64,000 nt of DNA, taken from assembly GCA_964247055.1 (NCBI GenBank), contig OZ176052.1, positions 434,001-498,000 on the forward strand. The letters are read 5' to 3'. Each line of letters starts with the position of its first letter. Position 1 is the first letter of the stretch. The notes under the pieces are model-generated. The model was not told the DNA's origin. It made no database searches and saw only the letters and a program-made list of their open reading frames with translations. The translations under genes and the position numbers were made by a program. Source of the DNA: Paragordius varius. Lineage: Eukaryota; Animalia; Nematomorpha. Below are positions 26,640 to 40,290 of the stretch, one piece after another.

Positions 26640-28388
26640 TACTAACTCCGCAGCCATCGAACATGCACGTTCCTTCTCTAAAGACAAAGCTTAAGATACT
26701 TTGGAAAACCGATAAAATCTGATCCCATTCGACAACCTATCAGATTTGCTGGTAACCTTGGTAGAACCAGAGCAAATGAATATGTATTCACAAAACGGTA
26801 CCATGAATTTCATATTGGGTCAGTGTCTGAAACAGGCCGAACTTAAAAGGACTCGCGCATTCATAGTAAAAGAATAATCACATCGCTTCTCCAAAGAGCC
26901 TCGACTAACTATATCTACATTCCTGGTTCTAAAGAGAATCTTGACGTTTCTAAAACATCTCTTCCTTTGGATATATACAGATTAAACTCAGCTGCGCTTT
27001 CTACCATTTTAACCACCAAATTTGAGAGAACACTCGACTTCGCTCTGTCTCGTATATTTCAAAATTTGGATCAAATAACTTGAAATCATTAATGTCTCCA
27101 ATATTTCAGCTAATTTCGTTCGGCATGCGTCTCTCGGTCTCCGCTCTAGGACTACTCCAATTAGCACTTTTTTTATAAAAGGGTAAAACCCTTAACATTG
27201 ACCCATCCTCCCGCCGCCTTGTTCGAACTATTTAGTCTAAAATAATTCTCTGTTTTTACATAGCCTTATCGAGCGTCATTCCCAAGCTCGCATCGAGGCG
27301 GCATCCCTCCACTAGACCTCTTTCAAAACATCCGGGGTAGGATTCAAAATTGAAGATTCATTGAATCAACTCAAATTTAAAACCCTACAAACACTCGTCC
27401 AGGTTCCCGCATCATCGCAATAGTGATGCGAGCGGTACCCAACTTTACCACATATCTTTAATCAGTGCTAAGATTTCTTATGAATAAATAGCTCACTATT
27501 ACATCGTCTTTATAATTATTTAAAACATTTTTATGTTGCGTTGAAGTTTTGTCCGACTACTCTTATCCGGCTACCCTTTCTCTTTATTATATTTAGTAAT
27601 AAATACCACGGTATTCAATTTCTAATTGATTTCTCTTTATTATATTTAGTAATAAATACCACGGTATTCAATTTCTAATTGACGTAACCTGCCTTGATGA
27701 ACGCGGGGGGCTTTGGTCTCAACCTGTATCAATAAGGTGGACAAATACACCCAACTGATGCCCTTATTGTCTCAAAACCCAAACGATGTCAAGATACTTC
27801 CGCTGATCTACGGAAGTTTATGATAACGGTATTCCAAAAACGACCAACAGTTCAAATATTTAACACCTTGTTACTTGATTTTCGGTTCAGAAGCCTGATG
27901 ATTAGTTCAACAATATGGCTCCTATAACAGCTCTGGTCCTAGTAAAATGGTAGCTATGTTATCAAAACCGTTTTAACAAGCCAATGCTAATTAAGTTAAT
28001 TCATTAGCCACAGCTTAAACATCAACACAGACAATCATTGCTCATCACCTCCAATCAGAAACACAGATGCTACTTGAACATAGCTTTGTTAGGGTGAAGC
28101 TTTTAACGAAACATTTAACAAATTAAAACAAATATGCTGCAATCAGACCAACAACAGGATCAACCAATTCCCTTGGAGGAATTTTTCAACCCTGCTCGGG
28201 GTTTTTCATTCATATTTTTTTCCATGAGTGTTATTTTACATAAAACATTTTTACAAAATTTATTATAAAATAATCATAAATTCATGTTTCCATCCCATAA
28301 TCCAGCATTCACCAATCAACCTATGTAAAAAAATATTATATTTAATCTCACTGACCTTTTTTTAATGTATACATTGTAAATAAAATAT
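26640..28388 (+). pseudogene. Heavily degenerate Utopia copy (lineage A)
   Basis: Starts near the YLGKPI region and follows the 964-aa ORF through the REL region; shared 3' UTR. Confidence 0.8.
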
Positions 28389-28477
28389 ATATGTTTTATC
28401 ACTTATAGCTGATACGACCATTAAAGAAATCCATAATAATAAATAAATTTATTTTTGGAGATTTCGGGGAGGCGCTC
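28389..28477 (+). ncRNA. U2: Short degenerate U2 fragment (about nt 38-125)
   Basis: atatgttttatcacttatagctgatacgacc...aaatttatttttggagatttcggggaggcgctc, including the Sm site. Confidence 0.7.
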
Positions 28478-28542
28478 ACTTTGATCACTATTTATATACC
28501 ATTTAATTTCAAATTCACTCTAAAAATAAATTATAAAGTTTC

Positions 28543-29071
28543 AGCCAACTACAAGAGTGTCCTTGAACATTTTAAGTTGCTTGAACAATTCAAGTTGGTC
28601 CTTGAACACTTCAAGTTGGTCCTTTAACTTTTTTGTTTTGTTTAATTTTTATCAATCAAATAGTAAATAATTCATCTATTTTATTGTTATTAACCTATTT
28701 TCTATTATTTACATAAATTTTAAATCGATATCAATTATTAATCTTTAAGAAACCGTAAATAATTATTAATTTCTTAAAATAATTCCGGATATTTATAAGA
28801 TTTTAAAAAAATATACAAGTTTTCTGGGTTATTTATTGAAATTTTCATTAAAAACATTTAAAAGTCAATAATTTTGTTTAATTGAAAAAAAAATAATTTA
28901 GTGGTTTATCAATAAAAAATTTTTAAATATATAATAAAGAAAATTAGGGTAATAAATAATAAAATTAATGCAAAAATTAGCGTTAAATCAAAATTAAATT
29001 TTAAGGACCAACTTGAGAACTGTTCAAGGAACAACTTGTAGTGTTCAAGGACACTATTGAAGTACAAACGG
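28543..29071. mobile_element. Inverted copy of the 25870-26494 MITE, nested in a short CCATTT MITE (28499 to about 29195)
   Basis: Same subterminal arrays; internal sequence reverse-complementary to 25870-26494. Confidence 0.7.
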
Positions 29072-29423
29072 TATATCTTTATGGCATAGTTTATTATTTT
29101 TTCAGTAATAATTTAATTTAAAACATTTCATTTAAAATATATTTGAATTGTTTGAGGGTGATTTGTTCAAGGGCAAATTTAAATTGTAAGTGGTATAAAT
29201 ATTGGATTGAAGAGATGAAGCTTTAATTTAAGATGCGCAAAATAGAGGTCGTATTAAATGTAAAAACTGATGGGAATAGATTAAATTTTTACAAATGTGT
29301 TTAGGTGTTGCCATAATACATTATATAAATGGAAGAATAAGAAAAAGGAACTAATACAAATCCTATATTGTTTAATACTATTAACATAATAAATTAATTA
29401 TATTTATGAAATGCTTGAATGTA

Positions 29424-29695
29424 CAGTAAAAATTGAAATTATACGGACAAAACGTAAAAATATAAAGACAAAATTTTTATTTCCAAAGACAGCCATATCG
29501 TTATAATCCTTAATTTATCCTAAAAATCATTAAACACAATTGTAAGATACATAATTGATTATGTTACTAATACACACATATATTTCATATTTTAAAGTTT
29601 AAAACAACGAGTTATATTTAAAAAGTATGGTTGTCTTTTGGAAAAAAATATCTGTCTTTATATTCTTACGTTTTGTCCAATTTCATTTTTTACTG
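29424..29695. mobile_element. Tc1/mariner-like MITE
   Basis: TA|CAGTAAAAATTGAAATTATACGGACA...TTTTTACTG|TA; related copies at 51326-51581 and 51588-51802, mirrored at about 57876-58352. Confidence 0.7.
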
Positions 29696-29719
29696 TAATG
29701 TGTGTTGGTTTAGTTTTTA

Positions 29720-30190
29720 AATATAATCTTTTATGAATGTGTTCTATACTTCTGAGTTATAAAAGATGGTGCTGCTTCCTATTTGTTTGCATAAGCCATT
29801 CATTATATGTGTCATCATCAATATTTTTGTTTTTTGTGCTTGCATTAGGGGTAGAATACTGTTGGTATTTATTATTTTTTTATTATAGTGAATAATTTCA
29901 AAAGGACAATGCATCTATTTCAAAGCAATTACCTTTAATATTGATTATATAAGGGTTGTTGTGTTGAAAAGGTGTGTTTTCATAAACTAATTTGGTGTTT
30001 TATAAATACAGGCATGCGTTATGCCTTTTTGTCCAGTGTGGTATTGAAGGCAATGGTTAAGCTGATGTGGAGTTTCATTTGCCTTGCCATTTTATTACCA
30101 TGAGTTTTCATGTTTGGGCCACTATTCACAGGTAACAGTTTTCGGCGATTTTTGTGGATAAATCAACCAGCCAGCCGGTTTTGAAATGTA
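29720..30190 (-). pseudogene. Degenerate lineage B-like CCHC/REL fragment
   Basis: Translation resembles FIHK..LLPVNS...NETPH..NHCLQY..RHNAC and STIFYNSE. Confidence 0.65.
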
Positions 30191-30920
30191 TTTCCCGTCT
30201 GGATATGTTAATTTATTTTTTCTGTATTAAAAGAAATTTTATTTGTTTAAAAATATAAAAAAATATTGGTAATTTTTATATTGAACCGTACATAATTTAT
30301 TTTAGGGTGAGTTTGATATGTTCAAGAGTGAATTTGTATTGTTCAAATAGGAAATTGAAATCACGGGTAAATTTGAGGTGTAAATGGTATATCACTGATA
30401 GAAGAAAGAGGTTGGAAAGGAAAGGCATTTTTTGACTATGTAATACCATACTACTACGTTATATTTTTTCCCTTCATTATTAAATAGTAAAAATAGTTAT
30501 TATTTGATGGGCATGGTAATGCTTAATCGTGCACCATGTCCCTTCGTTTCTTTTTTATTTTCATTAATATTCATTTTTTTACTCCTCTAATATTAATTTT
30601 TTTACTACAAATATTCTTTTATTCAATCCACTGTAATCCACCAGAATTGGTTTCACTATAGAAATAAGCATTAATTTCACCTTGCGAGAGAAATGTACAG
30701 GACTTAAGATTTGTGCGAGGATGAGTCAATTAAAGATATATCTGAGCTTTTGATGATTAGTCAGCATAATAAACGGCTGTCGCATTTTGGCCAAGGGGTC
30801 ATGGAATAGAGGAATACAATTTTATCGATAAAATGAATAAAGCTTGTAAATTTGTCCGAAACAATCAAGAATCCAACAAGACCCAAGAAATAACGGGACT
30901 TATCGAGCAGGTATGGGGTT

Positions 30921-32850
30921 GGGTGATCGTTGCCCCGACTCTATGAAAGCCGCAATTGCCCTAACCCTATCCTTCTTATCTTCTATTGATATAAAAATAA
31001 CCTAATTATAAATCGCACTCCAATGACTTAGGACCCATTCAACTGTGATGATGGTAAGGTCGTCTGCGAAGGCCAAGCATGAGGTAAGGGGTTGATTGTT
31101 AAGGGCTACGATAATGAGATTAATGCAAAGGTTAAAAATTAGACCTGAAAGTGGGCACACCCTTGCTTTATTCCTTTAAGATAGTGGATCGGAGGTCGGT
31201 AAGATTTTTATCAATTAAAAATTGGGCTGATGAATTAAGTAAAATAAAGGTTAGAAGGCATTCAACCGGTGGAGGCAGGCCAAGGGAGCTTAGAAGTTTG
31301 GTGCAGACAGGGTGGGGAATGGAGTCGAAAGCGGCGGAGATGTCTAACCATAAGAAAATGGATTGGTGGTTCGCGGTTCGGGCTTTAGACAGGCGATTGG
31401 AAATGTAAAAATTAATGTTCAACACGCCATCAAAAGGGGAAAACCCTTTTTGTTGGGGGGCGATGAGATTGTGGAGGGACACATGGTGGCTGAGGAACTT
31501 ATGGATGATTTTAGAAAAGATTCGATAGATTATGTTAGAAATGGCGATGGGGCGAAAGTTGGCCGGGTCAGAGGTGTTGCCTTCCTTATGAAATTTCGTG
31601 GAAATTCATGTATATATAAAGTCAAAAAAAGATAATATGGATGGATATCCCGCTACAAGCGTATTCTATCCCTTCTAAGAACCAATTTAAAAAATGGTTT
31701 TGAAATTTTATTTGAAAACAAATTTGTGGATTTTTTTCCTATAAGCCTGATGTAATGTTGAGATCTTTGAATGCCTTAAACATAATCGATGCCAGTGTTT
31801 TTGACAAAAAGTTAGCAGATTTTATTCATTACCAAAGAGGACCTTTGCACCAAACCAATTATCGCTACATTAAATATCAAACCCCTGACTTCGAGTTTGG
31901 GCCTCGCAGATGACCTTATCATCGCAGATAGCCCCCTAACACCATAAAAGTCGCAATTTCCCTTACTTGCTCCTTAATTTTGATTAATATAAAAATAAAT
32001 ATTCAAGTCTTGGATCCTTGCAAACCATCCAATTATTTATCGGCGACCATCGAATTCCAAGCCTCCTTCATAGTTAGTCCCATATTTGGGAAAACGCGTC
32101 TTTGTGATTATTTCCAAGATTTTTGAAATATGTTTCCCTTATATTCCAAACTGTCCCCAAAGCATGGCTTCAATCTTTTTCTATCTTAATCCATAAGAAA
32201 GGTGACACCTCCGACCCCTCCAATTTTCGCCCCATCGCCATTTCTAACATAATCTATCGAATCTTTGCTAAAATCATCCATAAATTCCTCAGCCACCATG
32301 TAGCCCTCCACAATCTCATCGCCCCCCAACAAAAAGGGTTTTCCCCCTTCGACGGCGTGTTGGAACATAATTATTACATTTCCAACCGCTTGTCGAAGGC
32401 CCGAACAGCGAACCACCAGACCATCTTTCTATGGCTGGACGTTTCCGCCGCCTTCGACTCGATTCCCCTGCCCGTCTGCACCAAACTTTTAACGTCCCTT
32501 GGTGCCTGCCCCCACCCCTTGAAAGCCTTTTAAATTTTATTTTACTTAACTCTTCGACGCAATTTTTCATCGATAAAAACATTACCGACCCCATCCCCTA
32601 TCTTAAAGGAATCAAGCAGGGGTGTTCTCTTTCCGGGCTAATCTTTAACCTCTGTATTAACCCCATTATCCTAGCCCTAAACAATCGACCCCTCACTTCA
32701 TGCTTGGCCTTCCCTGACGACCTAACTATCATCAGAGATAGCCCCGGTTACCTTCTATTGATATAAAAATAATCCTAATTATAAATCGCAGTCCAATGAT
32801 TAACGACCCATTCAATTATGTATCGACAACCATTCAATCCTTGATGGTGA
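30921..32850. mobile_element. Lineage D NeSL/Utopia-like RT fragments in mixed orientation (minus 31045-31600; plus 30921-31044, 31860-32100 and 32150-32850)
   Basis: NFRPIAISNIIYRIFAKI, QQKGFSPFDGVLEHN, WLDVSAAFDSIP, GIKQGCSLSG, CLAF(A/P)DDL. Confidence 0.85.
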
Positions 32851-33465
32851 GCCCATAATTTTTGGGCAAACCTGTCAGGTTCCTGATTGCTAAATATAAA
32901 CACTCAAGCTTTATTCTTTTTAATCGAAGTCTATATCATAATTTAAACAAAAAAGTGCTAGCATATACAATCATCAAAAATAAAACGGTTCTGAAATATT
33001 ATAGTCCCGGTTCTAAAATATTTGTTTATAACCACAATATTTATTAACCAAAAGTTACAAATACTTGCCAAGTGTATAATAGAGACCAAGTAGAAAAATT
33101 AATTTATAAATAAAATTACACCATTGAAAAGTTACAAAAATAAAATATACTTAGGTGCATTCTTCACAAAGATAAACAACTTGGCTTTCAAAATCAGAAA
33201 TCATTATCTTAATGAATTCATAGCGACCTGTAAGAGTAACAACTCAACATTTTGAATGATTCTCAAAATAATCTAGGCGATAAGATATTTGATTTCCCAT
33301 TCCATGAAAGATTTTGATTGTGTTGGGACAAAATTTAATTAAAGGATTCAATTACACTCTTCGTTCATGTATATAACTAAAATATAACATAAAAATTTAC
33401 CGGATGTTAAAATATTCCAAAATTTAAAACATGCGCGTTATAACCATATGAACCAGATTTTTTAA

Positions 33466-33996
33466 CACTTGGATACAACACATTCATTTTAGTACTTCGA
33501 TAAATTGGGGTCGTTAAATACCCCAGGCCTGTTTAAAATTAAATTTAAAAAATATGGAAGGAATCAAAACGATGACAAAATTTTAAATACCGGAATATAT
33601 AAAAAATTTAGTCAAAAATACTTGATATTACTTATTTTAAGCTAAAACCGAAGAGTTAAAATTTAGTCAACGTGACATGTATGCATTAGCTTAGTTTAAA
33701 TAACCATTGTTTCTTATTCTATCAATGTTAGATGTGATTTAAAAAAATAATTAGCTTTCATTTTAGCTTTAAATACAAATAAACACGATATTTTGCGACA
33801 ATGTTGTAAAAGGGCGCCAAAGTAATTTGATATGGTTTTTTTACAAAACCAAATTTTTTTGGATATTTTGGCTTATTTATATAGTTTGATAAGGATAGAA
33901 GCATAAAAAATGGGACCATTTCTTTTAATAGTTTTTTAAAAATAAAAATATAAATATATTCTGGGCTATTTAGATACCCCAATTTAAATCGGAGTG
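33466..33996. mobile_element. TTAA-flanked MITE (CACTT termini, piggyBac-like)
   Basis: TTAA|CACTTGGATACAAC...GATACCCCAATTTAAATCGGAGTG. Confidence 0.7.
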
Positions 33997-34161
33997 TTCG
34001 ATAGTTTATAATAATTATTATAAAGGTATTCGTTATAAATATACAAATAATAGTATTGAATATTATTGTATTTTAGCAATTTTACTATTAAATATTGTTT
34101 TATAATTTAGAGCTAAATAAAAATTATGAGGAAATAAAATTTTTTAAAGCTTGATATTTAA

Positions 34162-35273
34162 CACTTACAACCCATTCATTTTAGTCCATCGATTCAAATT
34201 GTGGTAGTTTATAACCCAAGCCTCTTTAAAATTTTCTTTAAAAAATATAGAAGCAATCATAACCATGTCAAAATTTAACACTTATATAACATTAATAAAC
34301 CGAAATATATAAAAATATTTGATCAAAAATACTTGGTGTTACTTATTTAACACTTGGATACAACACACTAATTTTAGTCCTTCGATTTAAATTAGGGTAG
34401 TTGGATACCCCAGGCTTGTTTAAAATCAAATAAAAAGTATAAAAGAAATCGAAATCATGGCAAAATTTTGCACTTATATAACTTTAATAAACCGAAATAT
34501 ATAAAAAGTTATATTCAAAAATACTTGATATTTTAAGCTACAATCGAAAGGTAAAAATTTCGTAAACGTGACATGATATTTTTAAATTAAAAAAAATAAA
34601 ACAATATAAACCGCTTTTTCTATTTCTATGATGTAATTTATATAAAAAATTAGCTTTACTTTTACCCTTAAAACTAAATGAAGACGATATTTTGGAAAAA
34701 AATTTAAAATAAAATGGCGTCGAAGTAGTTTGAGATAAAGCTTTTATTCAAAACAAAATTTTATCAAGATATTTTGGCATATTTGTCTAATATTTATCAG
34801 AATAGAAGTATAAATTTAAATTGAGACCGTTTCCTTCAGTAGTTTTTTAAATTTAATTTAAATTTAGTCTAGGGTATTTAGATACCCCAATTTAAATCGA
34901 AGTGTTAATGCTAAAACCGAAAGGCGAAAATTTAGTCAACGTAACATGTGTGCAATTATAAAATTGATAATAATACAAAATAACCCACTTTTTTATTTCT
35001 ATCAATGTTAGATGTAATTCAAATAAAAAATTAGCTTTAATTTAAAATTAAATGAAGATGATATATTACAAAAATTTTGTAAAATAAAAATGGCGTCGAA
35101 GTAGTTTGACATAGAACTTTCTTTTTTCAAAACAAATTTTTATTTAGATATTTTGGCGTATTTATATACACTAGGATAGAAGCATAAATTTTAAACGTTT
35201 CATTCTGTAGATTTTATAAATCCCAACTCAAATTTAGTGTTGGGCATTTAGATACCCCAAATAAATCGAAGTG
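34162..35273. mobile_element. TTAA-MITE with a second copy of the same family (34351-34904) nested at an internal TTAA
   Basis: Outer and inner copies both have TTAA|CACTT...AAGTG|TTAA ends; the outer sequence resumes after 34908. Confidence 0.8.
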
Positions 35274-35486
35274 TTAATTTGGTCGGTTATTTACAATACA
35301 AGATATATAATCTTTTAACATTCTTATGTCATCGAAAATATAAAGGGTGTTCTTCAATTTCTCTAATTTAAAATATGAACATTAACGTGTTGAAAAAAAA
35401 AGTTCAAGCAATGAAAACAAAAAAACATATTTTTTTAAACATTTTTCTTTTCCCAAAAGTCTTTTTATAAAAATAGAAGGCTTTCC

Positions 35487-37508
35487 GAAAACCGGTAGAC
35501 CCAATCAAATCATTGCATACCTCGACAATAGCTTGGTCTTTAATTGAATTAGGCCCCCAGTTGAGACCCATTGCGTGTTAGAAACAATTTTTTTTGAAAA
35601 CAAAAGTCCACAAAAATCATGTCTTTGATTCCGAATAACGTGTTGGACCATTTGATATAAAATATGATTTTTTTACTTTTTTTGATTGCGCCGAATATAG
35701 TCGGCTCGCTTTTTTAATTTATGCCCTATTTTTACCCGGTCCCCTGTAAAAGGCCATATTTTTCAAAAAAATTCACAAAAATAAATTTTTGAAACCATTT
35801 TTTGCCCAATATATGAAACCGGAAAAATTGAATAAGGATTCCAGATTCCCTGTTAAAAGGCAAAAATTTGAGGTAAGCGTTTTTTTGATGATAGCTGCTG
35901 GGTAAAGAATTACCCCTAAAAACTGACCCGTCATATCTAAATAGCGAGCTTTTGGGGCTAAATTTCAGAAAACCTATCAGGCCATATAAGTACAATTCGT
36001 GCTTAAAATACCCGTAACCAAGCAAAAATTAAGGTTGTGAGTTTTTTAAAATTTCCCTTTATTATGTATGCTATTTGGAATAATTTATGACTTTCTTCCA
36101 ATGTATACTTATTCATAATGTACCGTCTATGTCGGGGCTTACTTTTGTAGTTCACGATCCCATTTATGATTGCGAGTTTCTTAACGACCCCAACAAATAT
36201 AAAAGAAATATTTTCTTCGAAATAACATCTTGAAATTTAGTTGATAATATAAACAAGCAAGATTATTTCGGTTTTAAGAGATTGACAAAAATAAATCTAA
36301 ATTTATAAATTTCTATAATATTTTCTGCTCACAGATACTAGCTGTTGTCACGCTTCGGTGTGGCTTAGTCTCACCGATAATTACGCTTAATAATTTGCAA
36401 TAAATAGAGTGATGGAGATAAAAAATAATAATAAACATATTCAAAAAAAGTCTTTAATCATTCTTTTACGGGTTTTTGCATAGGCTGAAATATTATGTAC
36501 TCGAAGACCATATTTAATCTGCCCTTATTAATGTTTTCATCATTGGATTTATTTAAAATATTAGTTTTAAGAAATCATGGTTAAAAGTTCTAATTTAAAA
36601 TTGTGTTCATACAGCTGGGATCAAAGGATATGAAAAGTAAATCATTTATGGTTGCCTTTTTAAAAGAAAGAATGATATCATACAACCCCAGAAATGTATT
36701 TAATTGAACTCGTATGGCTTCTTAGTTTTTTGAAAATTAGCTCCAATACTACGCCCATTTTGTATTTCGTCTCAGTTTTAAACCGGTAGACCCTTACCCG
36801 CTATATGGAAAAAGCGGTAAGTTAAATTTTATTTCTTCACAAAGAAAATATTTGGAATCATCTTTGAGACCATCGTCTGATGGGTAATTCGAAAAAATAT
36901 CTCAACAATAAATAATCGTCATATGATGACGTTTTAGGGCATAACCAAATAAACGGTTAATAAAAACCCTGCCTTAATTACCTAGTTACGGGTAATATTT
37001 CAGGCTTTTAATGAGCTCATATGGCTTCATTAATTTTCTGTAAAATAGCTCCAAAACAATGCAATTTCTATATAGTGGCGCAGTTTTAGCGGCAATCTGT
37101 TTACCCAGCAGCCAATATTTAAAAAAAGCACGAAAATTTTTGCCTTTTAACAGAATAAGTCGAATCCTCAGTGAAACCGTCTCATACCCTGGGCAAAAAA
37201 TTATTTAGTTTTTTTTTTGAAAAAAATGGCATTTACGGGGGAAACGGGTAAAAAGCCTAAATTAAAAAAGAGCCGACGCAGAAAAAAAGTAAAAAAAACA
37301 TATTTGAAATCAAATGGTCCAACACGTTTTCCGGAATATTGTCACGAAGACACGATTTTTCAGGACTTCTGTTTTCAAAAACCCGTTTTTTACAATGGGG
37401 TGGGCCCGAACTAGGAGCCGAATTCAAAAAAAGGCGAAGCTATTGTCGGGACATTCATCATTGATTATATTATTTGACATTTTGATTTGAATGGGTCCGG
37501 TTTTCCGG
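35487..37508. mobile_element. About 2-kb fold-back-like element with long diverged inverted arms (35487-36020 / 36980-37508)
   Basis: Arms align in reverse complement throughout; partial copies at about 37740-37995, 44040-44160 and 60965-61085; no transposase ORF. Confidence 0.6.
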
Positions 37509-38294
37509 AAACATATCACAAAGCCAGCATTTTCCATTTTTATAAATATATAGAATATAATGATCGGAAGAGAACACTGGTATAAACAGTACGATAATTT
37601 TAATTTTTCTTTATAACAATAATATTACAAGTTAAAAAATATTTTTCGTTAAATTGTATTTTTATCACTCGCGACCCCATAATTTGTTTAAAAAGCCCTG
37701 GTCTATGCAATAAAAATGGAAAGTGGTGGCTTGGATTTATTTCCAAATCCAATTGTCAAAAAAGTATAATCATTAATGAATGCCCGGACAATAGCTTTGC
37801 CCTTTTTTAAATTAGGACCACAGTTCAAGCCCCCCCCCCCCCCCCCTGTGTGAAAAACGGATTTTTGAAAACAAGTTTACAAAAATCGCGTCTTTGAGAC
37901 AATTTTCCAGAGAACGTGTTTGACCATTCGATTTCAAATATGATTTTTTCTATTTTCGATTGCGCCTTCGACTCGCTTTTTTAATTTAAGCCCTCTTTTC
38001 TTGTACTTTTTAAAAATTGTCAAAATATTATTGTATGCTTGATACGATTTTTGAGGCTTTTTGGAAAGGGTATAAAAAACTTTAATTCATTGCAAAACAC
38101 CTTTTATATATAATATAATAATAATGACCACATTATCACCACCGTTTCAATTAAAAGCTTCGTTTGCTTAAAAATTTTGGTAAATTTTTGTAAAATCACA
38201 TATTTTCTTTAACAAAATCTTAAAGACGAACGTAAGTTTTATTCTACATTCTGATGTGATAGAAATGTCGAGCATCATATGATTATAAGTTTAA

Positions 38295-38862
38295 CACTTC
38301 GATTCAAATTGGGGTATCTAAATACCCCAGACTAAATTAAAATTAATATTTTTCAAAAACTACTGAAGGAAACGGTCCCAATTTAAATTTATGCTTCTAT
38401 CCTGATAAATATTATATAAATATGCCAAAATATCTTGATAAAATTTTGTTTTGAAAAAAAAGCTCCATCTCAAACTAACGCCATTTTTATTTTACAAAAT
38501 TTTTGCAAAATAGCGTCTTTTTTTAATTTTAAGGGTAAAACTAAAGCTAATTTTTTATATAAATTACATCTAACATTGAAAGAAATAGAATAGTTTGTAT
38601 AGTTTTTCAATTTTACAATTTGACATATGTCACGTTGACGAAATTTTTACCTTTCGGTTTTAGCTTAAAATAAGTAATATCAAGTATTTTTGAATAAACT
38701 TTTTTATATATTTCGGTTTATTAATGTTAGATAAGTGCAAAATTTTGCGATGGTTTCGATTCCTTCTATATTTTTTGAAGAATTTAATTTTAAACAGGCC
38801 TGGGGTATCCAACTACCCCAATTTGAATCGAAGGACTAAAATGAGTGTGTTGTATCCAAGTG
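38295..38862. mobile_element. TTAA-MITE
   Basis: TTAA|CACTTCGATTCAAATTGGGGTATC...TGTATCCAAGTG|TTAA. Confidence 0.85.
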
Positions 38863-39032
38863 TTAATGTTTTATTATCAAGCATTATACAGTTTCTATAA
38901 TGCAAAATGGCATAAAATACTTTTCAACGAAATTTTGCAAAATTATAATTTAAAAAAATGTATGCTATTTTTTAGTTGATTAGCATATATTTAAATTTTT
39001 TTATAGCAAGCTGCATGTTTGCGTTTATTTAA

Positions 39033-39614
39033 CACTTCGATTCAAATTGGGGTATCTAAATACCCCAGACTAAACTGAAATTGAAATTTTTAAAAAACTA
39101 CTGAAGGAAACGGTCCCAATTTAAATTTATGCTTCTATCCTAATAAATATTATTTAAATATGTTAAAATATCTTGATAAAATTTTGTTTTGAAAAAAAAG
39201 TTCCATCTCAAACTGCTTCGACGCCATTTTTATTTTGCAAAAATTTTGCAAAATATCATCTTCATTTAATTTTAAGGGTAAAACCAAAGCTTATTTTTTA
39301 TATAAATTACATCTAACATTGATAGAAATAGAAAAAGCGGTTTATTTTGTATTATTTTTTAATTTTACAATTTGACACATGTCACGTTGACTAAATTTTT
39401 ACCTTTCAGTTTTAGCTCAAAATAAGTAATATCAACTATTTTTGAATAAAATTTTTTATATATTTTGGTTTATTAATGTTATATAAGTGCAAAATTTTGC
39501 GATGGTTTCGATTGCTTCCATACTTTAAAAAATATTTGATTTTAAACAGCCCTGGGGTATTTAACTACCCCAATTTGAATCGAAGGACTAAAATGAATGT
39601 TTTGTATCCAAGTG
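39033..39614. mobile_element. TTAA-MITE
   Basis: Same termini and TSD; further copies at 44307-44842, 60283-60818 and 63249-63799. Confidence 0.85.
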
Positions 39615-39846
39615 TTAAAGAAACTAATTCCTTTTATATATCCCATAAAGATGGGACTTTGAGAGTTCACATAAAAAAATTAATTTTTTTAAATATAATA
39701 TTATGCTTTTTATATCTAGTTTATAATAAATTTTAATGATATGTTTAGGAAGCATTATATCTTTCACAAAAAAATTTTTGTAATCTTTTTGGCAAATTTT
39801 GCCATTTTCTTATATAAACTCTTGCCACAAAATTGTAATTTTAAAC

Positions 39847-40290
39847 ACGTGTAAGCCCTAAAAAAGCACCGTTCCTGATATTTTATTCTATCGGCATAGA
39901 TATATTTATCAGCTTATCTTTATAATACAGGACAATGTTTGATTTAATTTTTAAACTAAAATAGTGTTCAAAACAGTATTATAGTTAAAAGATTGAGCTC
40001 TGGGATATGTAACGTCCCTTATACATCGGAGACAAAAAAGTTAAAACGTCATTAAGTTCAAATTCAATTTATAAGGTTTAAATGCGCTGGCAAAATTAAG
40101 CATAAAATTTATATATATTTTACAAAATAAAATGTTATGTTATGGCAATTATATATATTTTAAACGTTAAATGCTGTTGTGGTACTTTACTCCATTATTT
40201 TTTAATTCTAAATTTATTTTACAAATAATATATATTTTCAACACCTTACACCATTTTTTATTATCGTGCATTTCTTTCAATTTATTTATT
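39847..40290. repeat. Dispersed repeat, direct copy at about 62816-63240
   Basis: Shared cacgtgtaagcc...aaagattgagctctg(g/a)gatatgtaac. Confidence 0.6.

Noticed and set aside
30640-30920. Possible host exon ending at CAG|GTATGG
   Set aside because: Stops in the frames tried and no recognisable homology
15462-32850. Older palindromes as amplification chimeras
   Set aside because: The arms carry many independent substitutions and indels, unlike fresh chimeras; this caveat remains open only for 43977-61148
37830-37846. Poly-C run as a G-quadruplex or regulatory signal
   Set aside because: Homopolymer expansion inside a repeat whose other copies have a short C run
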